DNA of 64,000 nt from Thermoleophilia bacterium (GCA_050943595.1 JBMNPM010000003.1:16499-80498); one strand, 5' to 3'; shown: positions 48,012 to 58,672, counted from the first letter of the stretch. Translations and numbers: made by a program. The notes: generated by a model not told the origin, from the sequence alone.

Positions 48012-49136
48012 TTGCCTGTGGACGAATCAGACAGAATCTATCTGGAGCGGGCTCTCGAGCTGGCCGAGAAGGGCCGCGGCCGCACCCATCCGAATCCCGT
48101 GGTGGGAGCCGTGGTAGTGCGGGACGGGCTCATCATAGGCGAGGGGCACCACGCCGGGGCCGGCCTCGACCACGCTGAGATCGCGGCGTTGCGGCAGGTG
48201 GAAGACGCCCGAGGGGCGACCATCTATGTGACCCTGGAACCCTGCTGTAGCTATGGACGAACTCCACCCTGCACCAAGAGCCTTATAGCAGCCAAGGTGG
48301 CTCGTGTAGTAGTCGGAGCCATCGACCCCTTTCCCCAGGTAAACGGACGAGGGATGGCCGAACTTCGCTCAGCCGGCATTCAGGTCGACCTTGCCGACGG
48401 CGACGTAGCCCTCCGCTGCAGGCGCCAGAACAACGGCTTCCGCAAAGTTGCCGTCACCGGGTTGCCGTTCGTCACCTATAAGTACGCCATGACCCTCGAC
48501 GGCCGGGTGGCCTGTGACTCGGGCGATTCACGTTGGGTCTCAACTGCCGAGAGTCGAGCTTACGTCCATCAGCTACGTGCCTCAGCCGACGCGGTTCTTG
48601 TGGGGGCGGGGACGCTGCGGACAGATGACCCGTTGCTTACGGCTCGTGAGGTCCACTGCCGCCGCCAGCCGCTGCGCATCGTTGTTGATACCGGTCTCTC
48701 CATCAACCCGAAAGCTGCCCTGATACAGAGCCGAGAGGAAGGGCCTGTGCTGGTGGTCTGCTCGAGCCGTGTGAGTGCGGCACGTAGGGTCGAGGTGGAA
48801 TCGTGGGGTGTCGAGACCATTGTGGTCGACCCCAAAGACGGCTCAATCCCTTGGGTTTCACCGATGGGCATCGCCGAACTGCTCGCGTCGCGAGATGTCC
48901 AATGCCTCCTCATGGAAGGTGGGCCCACTCTGGCCGGTAGTTGGTGGAGCGAGGGGCTTATCGATGAAGTGGTTGCCTTCGTGTCCCCCCGCATCATCTC
49001 AGGCACCAACCTCCGCTCTCCGTTTGTTGGTCCGGGTGGCTTGGAGATGGCCTGTGCGGCGCCCCTCCGGGAGGTCACCATGCGCCAATCCGGCTCTGAT
49101 TACTGCATCTCCGGCTACGTGGGGGAGGCGTTCTGA
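48012..49136 (+). CDS. ribD: Bifunctional riboflavin deaminase/reductase RibD
   Basis: PNPVVGAV, HAE, TLEPC...TPPC, TLDG, EGGPTL. Start TTG 48012 or GTG 48018. Confidence 0.96.
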   Translation: MPVDESDRIYLERALELAEKGRGRTHPNPVVGAVVVRDGLIIGEGHHAGAGLDHAEIAALRQVEDARGATIYVTLEPCCSYGRTPPCTKSLIAAKVARVVVGAIDPFPQVNGRGMAELRSAGIQVDLADGDVALRCRRQNNGFRKVAVTGLPFVTYKYAMTLDGRVACDSGDSRWVSTAESRAYVHQLRASADAVLVGAGTLRTDDPLLTAREVHCRRQPLRIVVDTGLSINPKAALIQSREEGPVLVVCSSRVSAARRVEVESWGVETIVVDPKDGSIPWVSPMGIAELLASRDVQCLLMEGGPTLAGSWWSEGLIDEVVAFVSPRIISGTNLRSPFVGPGGLEMACAAPLREVTMRQSGSDYCISGYVGEAF

Positions 49137-49816
49137 TGTTCACAGGACTCATAGAGGAGGTGGGCAGGATCACGCGGGTGGAACGACGAGGGGAGAGTGC
49201 TCATCTGAGTATCCAAGCTGTCACGGTACTCGAGGGGACAGTTCCCGGCGATTCCATCGCTGTGAATGGAGCCTGTCTCACCGTGGTAAGGCTTGGAAGG
49301 GACGGATTTGTGGTCGACGCTATGCCCGAGACGCTCAACCACAGTACTCTCGGCCGGGCGACCGCCGGCACTCCGGTCAATCTCGAACGATCACTGGCCT
49401 TGGGCGAACGGCTGGGTGGTCACCTCGTGCTCGGCCATGTGGATGCGACCGGCGTCGTGGTATCGGTCCGGCCTGAGGGAATCGCTCAGCGTGTGACCAT
49501 CTCTCTTCCTGAGGCTATCAGAGATTGTGTTGCCCCTAAAGGTTCCATAGCCATCGACGGGATATCGCTCACGGTGATCGACGTGACGGATGAGATCTTT
49601 ACTGTTGGCATCATCCCCCACACCCTGGAAGCTACGACCCTGCGTACGGTTGAGGTCGGCCGGCAGGTAAATCTAGAGGCCGATGTGCTGGCCCGCTATG
49701 TAGTGAGGACGCTCGAGACGCTGGCGCAGAAGGACGGTGACTTTGGCCCCGGTCGTGCGGCCGGACCGCAGACCACACTGACCGAGCAGTTCCTGCGCGA
49801 CCAAGGTTTTGCCTGA
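49136..49816 (+). CDS. ribE: Riboflavin synthase alpha chain
   Basis: MFTGLIEE, GDSIAVNGACLTV, GGHLVLGHVD, VNLE.D. Confidence 0.96.
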   Translation: MFTGLIEEVGRITRVERRGESAHLSIQAVTVLEGTVPGDSIAVNGACLTVVRLGRDGFVVDAMPETLNHSTLGRATAGTPVNLERSLALGERLGGHLVLGHVDATGVVVSVRPEGIAQRVTISLPEAIRDCVAPKGSIAIDGISLTVIDVTDEIFTVGIIPHTLEATTLRTVEVGRQVNLEADVLARYVVRTLETLAQKDGDFGPGRAAGPQTTLTEQFLRDQGFA

Positions 49817-49825
49817 GGAGGTCAT

Positions 49826-51085
49826 GTGAGAGAGAACAATCCCGCGTTTGCTACCATCGAGGAAGCCCTAGAAGAGATCAAGAGCGGCCGCATGGTGGTC
49901 GTGGTGGACGATGAGGACCGTGAGAACGAAGGCGACCTGACCATGGCGGCCCAGTTCATCACTCCTGAAGCGGTGAACTTCATGGCCGTACACGGCCGTG
50001 GTCTCATCTGTTTGTCCATTACGCCGGAACGCGCTGAAGCCTTGCGGCTGTCTCCCATGGCCCCCGACAACCAGTCTCGTTTCAGCACTGCATTCACGGT
50101 GTCCATAGAAGCCAAGGAGGGGGTCACTACCGGTATCTCCGCAGCTGATCGTGCACATACGATCCAAGTGGCCATCGACCCCGAGTGTGGCCCCCTGGAT
50201 CTTGTGCAGCCGGGCCACGTGTTTCCCCTAGTGGCACGTCCCGGCGGCGTGCTGAAACGGGCTGGGCAGACGGAGGCCGGAGTTGACCTGGCGCGGCTGG
50301 CAGGGCTCAGGCCCGCCGCCGTTATCTGCGAGATCATGAACGATGACGGCACGATGGCCCGCGTCCCCGATCTCATCCCCTACTGCCGTCGCCACGGTCT
50401 CAAGATGGTGACTGTGGCCGAACTCATCCGTTATCGCCGCAGGACGGAACGTTTGGTGCGCCGGGTGGCTACGGTGCACCTACCCACCACCGTAGGCGAG
50501 TTCACCGCCTACGGCTACGAGAGCATGCTCGACGGGGGGCAGCACCTCGCGCTGGTCAAGGGAGATGTAGCCGGCCACGAGAATGTCCTGGTACGGGTGC
50601 ACTCCGAATGTCTCACCGGCGATGTCTTCCGCTCCCTGCGCTGCGACTGTGGAGAACAACTCCAGATTGCCCTGAGAAAAGTCGAGGAAGAAGGCCGGGG
50701 CGTGCTCCTCTACATGGCACAGGAAGGGCGTGGCATCGGGCTCCTAAACAAGCTCCGGGCCTATGAGTTACAGGAGCAAGGACGCGACACCGTTGAGGCC
50801 AACACGGAGCTCGGCTTTGCTCCTGATCTACGCGACTACGGCATCGGAGCACAGATACTGGCCGACTTGGGGCTGACCTCTATCCGTATCATGACCAACA
50901 ACCCGCGCAAGCTGGTAGGGCTGGAAGGTTATGGTTTGACCATCACCGAGAGAGTACCGCTCGAGGTCAGCCCTAAGAATGAGAACATTCGCTATCTACA
51001 GGTTAAGAAGGAGAAACTGGGGCACATCCTGCACCACCACGATCTACGGTTCGACGATGGCGAAGGGGGAGGGCAAGGGGCATGA
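49826..51085 (+). CDS. ribBA: Bifunctional DHBP synthase / GTP cyclohydrolase II
   Basis: [49 protein letters not shown]. Confidence 0.97.
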   Translation: MRENNPAFATIEEALEEIKSGRMVVVVDDEDRENEGDLTMAAQFITPEAVNFMAVHGRGLICLSITPERAEALRLSPMAPDNQSRFSTAFTVSIEAKEGVTTGISAADRAHTIQVAIDPECGPLDLVQPGHVFPLVARPGGVLKRAGQTEAGVDLARLAGLRPAAVICEIMNDDGTMARVPDLIPYCRRHGLKMVTVAELIRYRRRTERLVRRVATVHLPTTVGEFTAYGYESMLDGGQHLALVKGDVAGHENVLVRVHSECLTGDVFRSLRCDCGEQLQIALRKVEEEGRGVLLYMAQEGRGIGLLNKLRAYELQEQGRDTVEANTELGFAPDLRDYGIGAQILADLGLTSIRIMTNNPRKLVGLEGYGLTITERVPLEVSPKNENIRYLQVKKEKLGHILHHHDLRFDDGEGGGQGA

Positions 51086-51570
51086 ATGGCAAGGGACGGG
51101 TCTTCGAGGGCTACATCAAGGGCGAGGGAATCCGAGTCGGCATAGTGGTGAGCCGCTTCAACGAGTTCATCGGCGGCAAGTTGCTGTCTGGAGCCTGGGA
51201 CGGTCTCATCCGGCATGGAGTGGCTGAGTCCGACGTCACGGTGGCGTGGGTCCCCGGGGCCATGGAGATACCATTAGTAGCGCAACGTCTGGCCCGATCG
51301 GGAGATTATGACGCCATCATCTGCCTGGGGGCCGTCATCCGCGGCTCGACTCCACACTTCGACTACGTCGCCGCCGAAGCAGCCAAGGGGGTAGCGATGG
51401 TGCAGTTGGATACAGGGCTGCCGGTCATCTTCGGAGTTCTGACCACCGACACCATCGAACAGGCTATCGAGCGGGCAGGCACGAAGGCCGGCAACAAAGG
51501 GTGGGACGCTGCAGTGTCGGCCGTTGAGATGGCCAATTTGCTTCGCGAGATCGATAACAGGCCTGGCTAG
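51082..51570 (+). CDS. ribH: 6,7-dimethyl-8-ribityllumazine synthase
   Basis: SRFN, VPGA.EIP, GAVIRG.TPHFDYV, FGVLT, GNKG. Confidence 0.98.
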   Translation: MNGKGRVFEGYIKGEGIRVGIVVSRFNEFIGGKLLSGAWDGLIRHGVAESDVTVAWVPGAMEIPLVAQRLARSGDYDAIICLGAVIRGSTPHFDYVAAEAAKGVAMVQLDTGLPVIFGVLTTDTIEQAIERAGTKAGNKGWDAAVSAVEMANLLREIDNRPG

Positions 51571-51609
51571 AAGACTCGATGATTGTGCACCCAGCGCCTC
51601 TTGCGCGGA

Positions 51610-51636
51610 AATCCCTGAGCAAGGGGCTCAGGGATT
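51610..51636. terminator. Hairpin between convergent ribH and rpmB (putative bidirectional terminator)
   Basis: Perfect 11-bp stem AATCCCTGAGC / GCTCAGGGATT. Confidence 0.7.
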
Positions 51637-51644
51637 AGAGGAAG

Positions 51645-51836
51645 CTATGCGACTTTGTCCACCTTGTGGGCCTTGAGGCACTTGGCGCACACGTAGGCTT
51701 TGACCGGCTTGCCGTCGAGTTGGATGCGGATCTTTTGTACATTCGGATTCCACCGGCGCGGGGTGGCGCGCATGGAATGGCTTCTGTTGTTGCCGAAATT
51801 AGGCTTCTTGCCGCAGATTACGCACACCTTGGACAT
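51645..51836 (-). CDS. rpmB: 50S ribosomal protein L28 (Zn-binding form)
   Basis: MSKVCVICGKKP.FGNNRSHS...RRWNPNVQ...VCAKCLK. Confidence 0.97.
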   Translation of the reverse strand: MSKVCVICGKKPNFGNNRSHSMRATPRRWNPNVQKIRIQLDGKPVKAYVCAKCLKAHKVDKVA

Positions 51837-51998
51837 TTGATGCTCATCCTTCTTTGATTTGCCCGCACACGGAAGTGCATAGTATGCCGCAGTCACAGAT
51901 AGTATGACAAGGGCGATTGGCCGGCGCAAACGCACGGTTCTGATGGTAGGGTAGAATATTAGCGACTGCCGGTCACGATCGGGGGAAAGGAGACGACC

Positions 51999-52211
51999 AT
52001 CTTTACCAAAGATATGACTATCATGGAAGCCATGCAGGCAGATCCACGGGCCCGCGACATCTTGGAGGGCCATGGTATCGACTGTGTCGGTTGTTCGGGC
52101 ATCTCCCTGGAATCAATCGAAGACGGCGCCAAGACGTTGAATATCGACGCGGACGCTCTGCTCGCCGAGCTCAACAGTCTGCCTCCCATCGGTCTCTCCG
52201 AGAAACAATGA
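51999..52211 (+). CDS. DUF1858 family small protein
   Basis: FTKDMTI.E...L..HG..CVGC....ESIE.GA. SD AAAGGAG lies 6 nt before ATC 51999; first ATG is 52014. Confidence 0.8.
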   Translation: MFTKDMTIMEAMQADPRARDILEGHGIDCVGCSGISLESIEDGAKTLNIDADALLAELNSLPPIGLSEKQ

Positions 52212-52603
52212 TTCTCCCGTCCGGCTCAGGAGAGAGTGGTGGCAGACACGAGAATCCCGGGTTGACCGTGGGTGGGAACCTTGTTGTCACCGATCGGGCC
52301 ATCACCGACATCGTGGGCTGGACTGTCCTCGAGTGCTACGGTGTGGTGGGTATGGCCTCACCGAATCTTCGTCTCGGTGTGGCGTCGCTGCTCTCCCGAG
52401 ACCATCTACACCAAGGCATCAAGGTGGAGCAGAACGGTGATCAGTTGCGCATCAAACTCTACATCATCGTCGAGTACGGACTGAATGTGGCTGAGGTGGC
52501 GGGAATCGTACGCTCCCAGGTTGCCTACAACGTTGAGAAGATGACAGGGCGTCCGGTCGCCGGCCTGCACATCTACGTGCAGGGGGTTAGGGTTGGGGAG
52601 TAG
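52208..52603 (+). CDS. Asp23/Gls24 family protein (YloU-like)
   Basis: ECYGVVGMAS, LYIIVEYG.N, V.Y.VEKMTG, IYVQGV; upstream of DAK2 gene. Confidence 0.9.
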   Translation: MILPSGSGESGGRHENPGLTVGGNLVVTDRAITDIVGWTVLECYGVVGMASPNLRLGVASLLSRDHLHQGIKVEQNGDQLRIKLYIIVEYGLNVAEVAGIVRSQVAYNVEKMTGRPVAGLHIYVQGVRVGE

Positions 52604-54236
52604 TGCCGAAGCACTCATCGTTTCACGTGCCCGCGCTCTGGTGGCGGCAAGCTATGAAGCCCTCGAGGAGCGCCGGCAGGAGATCAACGACCTCAATGTG
52701 TATCCGGTTCCGGATGGAGACACAGGTACGAATCTGAGTCTGACTTTGCGGGGAATCCTAGATTCCTTTGACAAACTTCCCCCAACTTCCGCACAATCCG
52801 AGTTGTGTGCCGCCATATCCCAGGCGGCGCTCATGGGTGCCCGAGGTAACAGTGGAGTCATCCTCTCCCAGATCGTCCGGGGTGCCATGGAGGTGCTGGG
52901 CACGGCAGGTCCGTTGACAACGGAGGCGCTGGTGCGTGCGCTCCGCCACTCTACCGACTCCGCCTACCGCGCCGTTCGCCGGCCGGTTGAAGGGACCATT
53001 CTCACCGTCCTGCGTGACATGGCTGCTCACGCCGAGGAGGTAGCGAAAGACGGCGCCGTCACGCCGGATGTGCTCATGGAGGCCGTGGTGGCCGAGGGGT
53101 GGAGGAGTGTGGAACGTACACCCTCTTTGCTGCGCGTCCTTGCCGATGCGGGAGTAGTCGACGCCGGGGGCTACGGCCTGGTGGTTCTCCTTGAAGGCGC
53201 GACCAGAGGAGGGCGTAATGAAGCGGATCCCATCGCGACGCACATCATCGAACGGCCGCCCGCCTGGAACAGAGAGCTGGAGATAGAGGAGGCCGGCGAG
53301 ACCGACTCCTTCGCCTACTGCACCAGTTACCTGCTGACCGGAGAGATGCTGGATAAGACGATACTCGAGCAACAATTGAGCGGTCTGGGCGACTGCCTCT
53401 TGGTGGTGGGCGACGGCACTCAGGTGAAGGTCCACATACATACCGACAAGCCCGGTGAAGTGCTTTCCATAGGTACGTCCGTGGGCGTTCTCAGCAGGAT
53501 AGTGATCGACAACATCGCCGAACAAACTGTCAGCCGAGCCCATCGCCTGGCACAGTCCGATGTGCTCCCGGCCGATCCCGGCCTCACCCAAGTGGTCGCC
53601 GTGGTCTCAGGCGAGGGAAACAAGCGCCTTTTCCGCAATCTGCATGTTGACTTCGTCGTCGACGGAGGCCAGTCGATGAATCCGTCCGCCGAAGACCTGA
53701 TGCGCGCAATCGACAAGGCCACGGCTCCCTCTATCATCATCCTCCCCAATAACGGCAATATCATCATGGCCGCCGAGCAAACGGCTAGATTGAGTGACAA
53801 GCACGTCCTGGTCGTGCCCAGCCGGTCGCTACAGGCAGGGTTGGCTGCAGCGGTCGCTTATGAACGGCAGAACGAGGGCTCTGTCAACGAAGACGACATG
53901 CGCGCCGCCATGAGCGCGGCCGTCACCGCCGATATAACCCGGGCGGTGCGCGACTCACTCGTTGACGACGTACAGGTAAAGGCCCAGGATTTCATCGGCC
54001 TGATCGATGACCGCTTGGTCATCGCCGCCGCCGACCTGGGGCCGGTTATCGAGCACGTTCTTGCTCATCTTCTCGACGGTGATCGAGAAGTCCTGACGGT
54101 ACTCGTGGGGGAGGGCGAAGACGGAGCCCGTGCGCTGGACATCGTGCAGAAGCTCTGCGCTTCCTACCCCATGCTTGAGGTGGACATCCACGAAGGTGGT
54201 CAACCTTTCTATCCCCTGCTGTTGTCTGCCGAGTAG
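52593..54236 (+). CDS. DAK2 domain protein / fatty acid kinase catalytic subunit (FakA/YloV-like)
   Basis: INDLNVYPVPDGDTGTN, GARGNSG.ILSQ, VVDAGG, KVHIHT, GGQSMNPS, GGQP.Y. Confidence 0.93.
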   Translation: MGSSAEALIVSRARALVAASYEALEERRQEINDLNVYPVPDGDTGTNLSLTLRGILDSFDKLPPTSAQSELCAAISQAALMGARGNSGVILSQIVRGAMEVLGTAGPLTTEALVRALRHSTDSAYRAVRRPVEGTILTVLRDMAAHAEEVAKDGAVTPDVLMEAVVAEGWRSVERTPSLLRVLADAGVVDAGGYGLVVLLEGATRGGRNEADPIATHIIERPPAWNRELEIEEAGETDSFAYCTSYLLTGEMLDKTILEQQLSGLGDCLLVVGDGTQVKVHIHTDKPGEVLSIGTSVGVLSRIVIDNIAEQTVSRAHRLAQSDVLPADPGLTQVVAVVSGEGNKRLFRNLHVDFVVDGGQSMNPSAEDLMRAIDKATAPSIIILPNNGNIIMAAEQTARLSDKHVLVVPSRSLQAGLAAAVAYERQNEGSVNEDDMRAAMSAAVTADITRAVRDSLVDDVQVKAQDFIGLIDDRLVIAAADLGPVIEHVLAHLLDGDREVLTVLVGEGEDGARALDIVQKLCASYPMLEVDIHEGGQPFYPLLLSAE

Positions 54237-54293
54237 GCGACCCGTCCTATCTATTCTCCACAAGGGTGTGACAACGGCGATCATCACACGCGG

Positions 54294-56492
54294 ATGAGCA
54301 GATCTACCGGGTACGGCATCCACTACCCTTTGGGCGCCGGCGACACGATTACCGGTGTTGGGCTCCGACTTCCACCTACGGCCAAACGGGCCTCTGATCC
54401 GGCACACCTGTTACGACCGGTAGCCGAGTTACGTGGGGTGGGCAAGACCACTCAACGACGACTGGCCGGTCTGGGTATAGAGACCGTAGGCGATCTTCTG
54501 CTTCATCTGCCGTTCCGCCATGAGTCGCCCGCGCACGTGGTCACCGTAGCGGCGCTACCTATCGGCGAGGAGGTCGCCTTGCGCGTACAGGTGGTCTCCT
54601 GCGCGGTACGCTGGACGCTAAAACGCCGTGTGAAGGTACTCGAAGCCCTGGTCTCCGATCACACAGGTAGCGTCCTTGCCGTATGGTACAACCAACCGTA
54701 TCTAGAGGCCCCCTTCCGCGAGCGACCAGACGTATTGTTGAAGGGAACCTTCGTCCGCCGGCATGGCGCCGCCGTCTTCTTAGTCAAGCGTCATGAGATC
54801 TTGGGAGACGGAGGAGAGGGGTGCCACATCCTGGGTCTCGTCCCCGTGTACCCCAGTACTGCTGATCTGAGCGTGCGCACCATCCGCAACCTCCTCCATG
54901 AAGCACGTCCATGGGCCCGTCACCTTACTGATTCTCTGCCTGCCCGACTGTTGGCTGAACGTCGCTATCCGGGACGGGCCGAAGCGGTATTGACCAGCCA
55001 CTTCCCGGCCGACCGGCGAGATGCAGCCCGGTCGCGCTCCCGAATGGCTTTCGAGGAACTGCTGCTACTACAAGTGGCCATTCTCCGCCGCCGCAGATAC
55101 CAGGACGCACAAACGAGGGCCCACCCCATGCCACCACCGGGCAGACTCAGTCACGCTTTCCTAGCCGCGCTTCCTTACCGCCCCACCGAGGCGCAGACTA
55201 GGGTCATCGCTGAGATTGAGGACGACCTGGTTCGAGAGATCCCCATGCGACGTCTCCTCCACGGTGACGTGGGCTCGGGGAAGACAATGGTGGCGACGTA
55301 CTGTATGCTGCGGGCCGTGGAGCACGGGGGGCAGGCCGCCCTCATGGCCCCCACCGAGATCCTGGCCGAGCAGCACTATGCAGGCCTGTGCGACCAACTC
55401 GCTCCCCTGGGTGTGCAGGTACGCCTGCTAAAAGGCAGCCGGCCCACGCGTGAGAGGAATGCGCTATTGCAGGAACTCAGTTCGGGAGAGGCTCATCTTG
55501 TAGTGGGGACCCACGCCCTCATCCAAGAAGGGGTGGCCATCAGAGATCTCCGTTTGGCCGTAGTGGACGAACAGCATCGTTTTGGCGTCCGACAGCGAGA
55601 TGCTATCCTCACTACCACCACTCGCTATTGGCCGCATACCCTGCATATGTCGGCTACGCCCATCCCCCGCACGTTGAGCCTCACGCTCTACGGGGACCTC
55701 GATGTGAGTACACTCGACGAGGTGCCTCCGGGGAGGACGCCGGTGCGCACTCGTCTGGTCTTTCCAGATGCACAGCCCCGTATGTGGGAGTTCGTGCGCA
55801 GGCAGTTGGCACAGGGGAGGCAGGCGTACGTGGTATGTCCTCTCATCGAAGAGAGCGACTCACTACAGACGGCCTCCGCCCGCGAGACTGCTGCCGAACT
55901 GGCTTCCGGTGAATTGGCCGGCTTCCGCCTGCGCCTTCTCCATGGCCAGCTCTCCCCCGGAGAGAAGTCGGCGACTATGGCCGCCTATGCCGGAGGCGAG
56001 GTCGACGTGCTGGTGAGTACGACCGTGGTAGAGGTCGGCATCGACGTCGCGAATGCCACCGTCATGGTGATCTTGGGAGCCCGGCATTTTGGTCTCTCCC
56101 AGCTACACCAGCTACGCGGCCGAGTAGGCCGGGGAGACGGGGACTCATACTGCTTCCTGCCTGTGGAAGGCGATGATGATGTTGTGCGGGAGCGTCTGGC
56201 TGTGTTCGCACGCACCGACGACGGCTTTGCTCTGGCCGAAGCCGACCTGGCCGCTCGAGGGGAGGGGCAACTGTTCGGTGACCGCCAATCCGGTCTAGGA
56301 GACCTACGCGTGGCCTCGCTGTTGCGTGACAAGGCTCTGCTCGAAGAGGCGCGCAGGGTCGCAACCTCAGTGTGTGCAGAGACACAATGGCCGGCAGATC
56401 GGGTTCGCATAAACAAGGCGATCTGGGGGCCGCTCATCGCAGCCGCCGAAGAGCGCTTCGGCGCGAGGTTGGACTGGGTGGATCGCGTGTGA
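54294..56492 (+). CDS. recG: ATP-dependent DNA helicase RecG
   Basis: GDVGSGKT, MAPTEILA.QH, DEQHRFGV, SATPIPRTL, QLHQLRGRVGRG. Confidence 0.97.
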   Translation: MSRSTGYGIHYPLGAGDTITGVGLRLPPTAKRASDPAHLLRPVAELRGVGKTTQRRLAGLGIETVGDLLLHLPFRHESPAHVVTVAALPIGEEVALRVQVVSCAVRWTLKRRVKVLEALVSDHTGSVLAVWYNQPYLEAPFRERPDVLLKGTFVRRHGAAVFLVKRHEILGDGGEGCHILGLVPVYPSTADLSVRTIRNLLHEARPWARHLTDSLPARLLAERRYPGRAEAVLTSHFPADRRDAARSRSRMAFEELLLLQVAILRRRRYQDAQTRAHPMPPPGRLSHAFLAALPYRPTEAQTRVIAEIEDDLVREIPMRRLLHGDVGSGKTMVATYCMLRAVEHGGQAALMAPTEILAEQHYAGLCDQLAPLGVQVRLLKGSRPTRERNALLQELSSGEAHLVVGTHALIQEGVAIRDLRLAVVDEQHRFGVRQRDAILTTTTRYWPHTLHMSATPIPRTLSLTLYGDLDVSTLDEVPPGRTPVRTRLVFPDAQPRMWEFVRRQLAQGRQAYVVCPLIEESDSLQTASARETAAELASGELAGFRLRLLHGQLSPGEKSATMAAYAGGEVDVLVSTTVVEVGIDVANATVMVILGARHFGLSQLHQLRGRVGRGDGDSYCFLPVEGDDDVVRERLAVFARTDDGFALAEADLAARGEGQLFGDRQSGLGDLRVASLLRDKALLEEARRVATSVCAETQWPADRVRINKAIWGPLIAAAEERFGARLDWVDRV

Positions 56493-57064
56493 GTCTCGTC
56501 GGACCGGGCATCCTCCGTATCGTGGCGGGCAGCAGACGAGGGCGGCGTCTGAGAGTGCCTGCGGAAGGATCCGTTCGCCCGACGGGAGAGAGGGTTAGAG
56601 AGGCGATCTTCGATGTACTGGGGCCCGTGGGCGGCCTGCGTGCGCTGGACCTGTTCGCGGGCAGCGGTGCTATGGGATTAGAGAGTCTCTCTCGCGGAGC
56701 AGCATACTGCGCCTTTGTAGAAGCCGACGCTCGTGTGGCAGCCGTACTCCGTAAAAATATCAGTACACTGGGTTTTGCTGCCGCTTCCTTCCAGATCATA
56801 GTGACCGATTACCTGCGGGCAACGGAGCGGCTTGCCGGGCTATCGGCCGGGTTTGATTTGCTCTTTGTAGACCCTCCTTATAGAATGCTGCAGGAAGTGG
56901 AAGTGACGCTATCCCCACGCCTGCCCGCCCTGCTCGCCGACGACGGGCTCGTGGTCGTGGAGTCTCATCGCTCGGTACGTGCCGAGATGGGCATTGAGCC
57001 GGTCTTTGACCGGGTCTATGGGGATACCAGGGTGGTCATGCTCAAGATGAGGAGGAGTCAGTGA
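56489..57064 (+). CDS. rsmD: 16S rRNA (guanine966-N2)-methyltransferase RsmD
   Basis: RIVAG..RGR, RPT..RVREAIF, LDLFAGSG, DPPY, YGDT. Confidence 0.95.
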   Translation: MSLVGPGILRIVAGSRRGRRLRVPAEGSVRPTGERVREAIFDVLGPVGGLRALDLFAGSGAMGLESLSRGAAYCAFVEADARVAAVLRKNISTLGFAAASFQIIVTDYLRATERLAGLSAGFDLLFVDPPYRMLQEVEVTLSPRLPALLADDGLVVVESHRSVRAEMGIEPVFDRVYGDTRVVMLKMRRSQ

Positions 57065-57552
57065 ACGTCTCTCTTTGCCCGGGTAGCTATGACCCTGTGA
57101 CTGTGGGGCATCTGGACATCATAACCCGATGCAGCGCCATGTTCGACGATGTAGTCGTAGGGGTGGTGGACGACTCCTTCCGCAAAACAGCTCTGTTCAG
57201 TACTGAGGAGCGCATGCACTTCTTAGAGGAATCTACCAAGCATTTGCCGAATGTAAGGATTCTACGACTTCCCGGCCTGGTGGTCACCTTAGCGCGTGAG
57301 GTGGGGGCTCATGTACTGGTGAAGGGTCTACGTGCTCTGACCGATTTTGAGTATGAGTTCCAGATGGCTCAGCTGAACCGCAAACTGGACCCCGACCTGG
57401 AGACGATGTACCTTATGGCTTCACCCGAATACTCTTTTTTGAGTTCGAGCGGGGTCAAGGAGATAGCCAAGTACGGAGGGTGCATCAGCGATCTCGTGCC
57501 CGAGATCGTCGAGCGTCGCTTCGCGGAAATATATGGAACCCCGGAGGCTTAG
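57061..57552 (+). CDS. coaD: Phosphopantetheine adenylyltransferase
   Basis: PGSYDPVT.GHLDI, KGLR...DFEYE.QMA..N, SSS.VKE. Confidence 0.97.
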   Translation: MNVSLCPGSYDPVTVGHLDIITRCSAMFDDVVVGVVDDSFRKTALFSTEERMHFLEESTKHLPNVRILRLPGLVVTLAREVGAHVLVKGLRALTDFEYEFQMAQLNRKLDPDLETMYLMASPEYSFLSSSGVKEIAKYGGCISDLVPEIVERRFAEIYGTPEA

Positions 57553-57557
57553 TCAGC

Positions 57558-58019
57558 ATGGATGTTCTCATTCTCATAGACAAGCTGGACGATCTGGTCC
57601 ATGGCGCCAGCACTTTCCCCATGACCGACAAGGTCATGATCGATCGCGATCAGATCTACGATCTACTCGACCAGATGCGCGCCACCGTCCCTGAGGAGAT
57701 CAAGCAGGCCCGCTGGATCGTCAAAGAGCGTCAGGAGATGCTGCAGGAAGCCAAAGAGGAGTCGGAACGTATCCTCAGTGAGGCTCGTGACGAAGCCCAC
57801 AGACTGGCCAGTGAGCAGGAAGTAGTACGCTTGGCGCAGCGTCAATCGGAAGACATCATCCGGAACGCCGAAGCCCGTGAACGAGAGATCCGTCTGGGGG
57901 CAGAGGACTACGCGGACGAGATTTTTAAGACCCTGGAGACCAATCTGGACAAGTTCCTGGCGGCGGTGCAACGGAGCCGGGAGCGTCTGCAGACCGGAGG
58001 GAACGCGGAGAACGATTAG
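57558..58019 (+). CDS. Conserved coiled-coil protein (DivIVA/ATPase-b-like, coaD-yceD locus)
   Basis: IDKLDDLV...P.EIKQARWI.KER...A..YAD; usual position after coaD. Confidence 0.85.
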   Translation: MDVLILIDKLDDLVHGASTFPMTDKVMIDRDQIYDLLDQMRATVPEEIKQARWIVKERQEMLQEAKEESERILSEARDEAHRLASEQEVVRLAQRQSEDIIRNAEAREREIRLGAEDYADEIFKTLETNLDKFLAAVQRSRERLQTGGNAEND

Positions 58020-58064
58020 GCCCCCATCATCGGGGCCTATCGGGGTTTCACCCTGGAACGAATC

Positions 58065-58610
58065 ATGGATACGTCCCTTCCCTTCATCCACCTTGACGAC
58101 CTTCTCCTACGCACCGGGGAACGTTCGCATCTCACCTATACATTGGAACTTCCCCCGGTCATCCTGGGGGGTGTCGAATACAGTGTCCTCGTGCCTGACG
58201 GGGTGACCGTCACCGTCGACCGGGTGACGGGAGGCTTCCTGGTACATACTTCGTTGACCGCGTCCATCTATGGGCCATGTGAGCGCTGTCTACGCGAGAT
58301 GGCACTCCAGGTGGAGGCCGATGAAGAAGAGTTCGTGCCCACTGCCAAGGATGGCTGGGATGAATCGGAGTTCAGCGAGTTCATTCAAGACATGGTGGTA
58401 GATGTAAAAAGTTTGGCACGGGAAGCCCTGGTGTTGGCCCTTCCACCTCAGATCCTCTGCTCACCGTCCTGCTTGGGGCTGTGTGCTCATTGTGGCCACG
58501 ATCTCAATCTGGGCCCATGCAGTTGCGGTCCCGTCGAGATGGATGATCGCTGGAGCCGGCTCAAGGAGATCGACCTCACGGAAGAACCTTCCGACCCCGT
58601 CCCCTCTTGA
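58065..58610 (+). CDS. yceD: DUF177/YceD family protein
   Basis: C.RCL, LALP...LC...C.GLC..CG.DLN, D.RW..L; upstream of rpmF. Confidence 0.92.
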   Translation: MDTSLPFIHLDDLLLRTGERSHLTYTLELPPVILGGVEYSVLVPDGVTVTVDRVTGGFLVHTSLTASIYGPCERCLREMALQVEADEEEFVPTAKDGWDESEFSEFIQDMVVDVKSLAREALVLALPPQILCSPSCLGLCAHCGHDLNLGPCSCGPVEMDDRWSRLKEIDLTEEPSDPVPS

Positions 58611-58672
58611 AATAGCCCCGCCGATGGGGTACAAACATACGGTTTCCCCATTGGTACAGAGAGAGGCAAACA

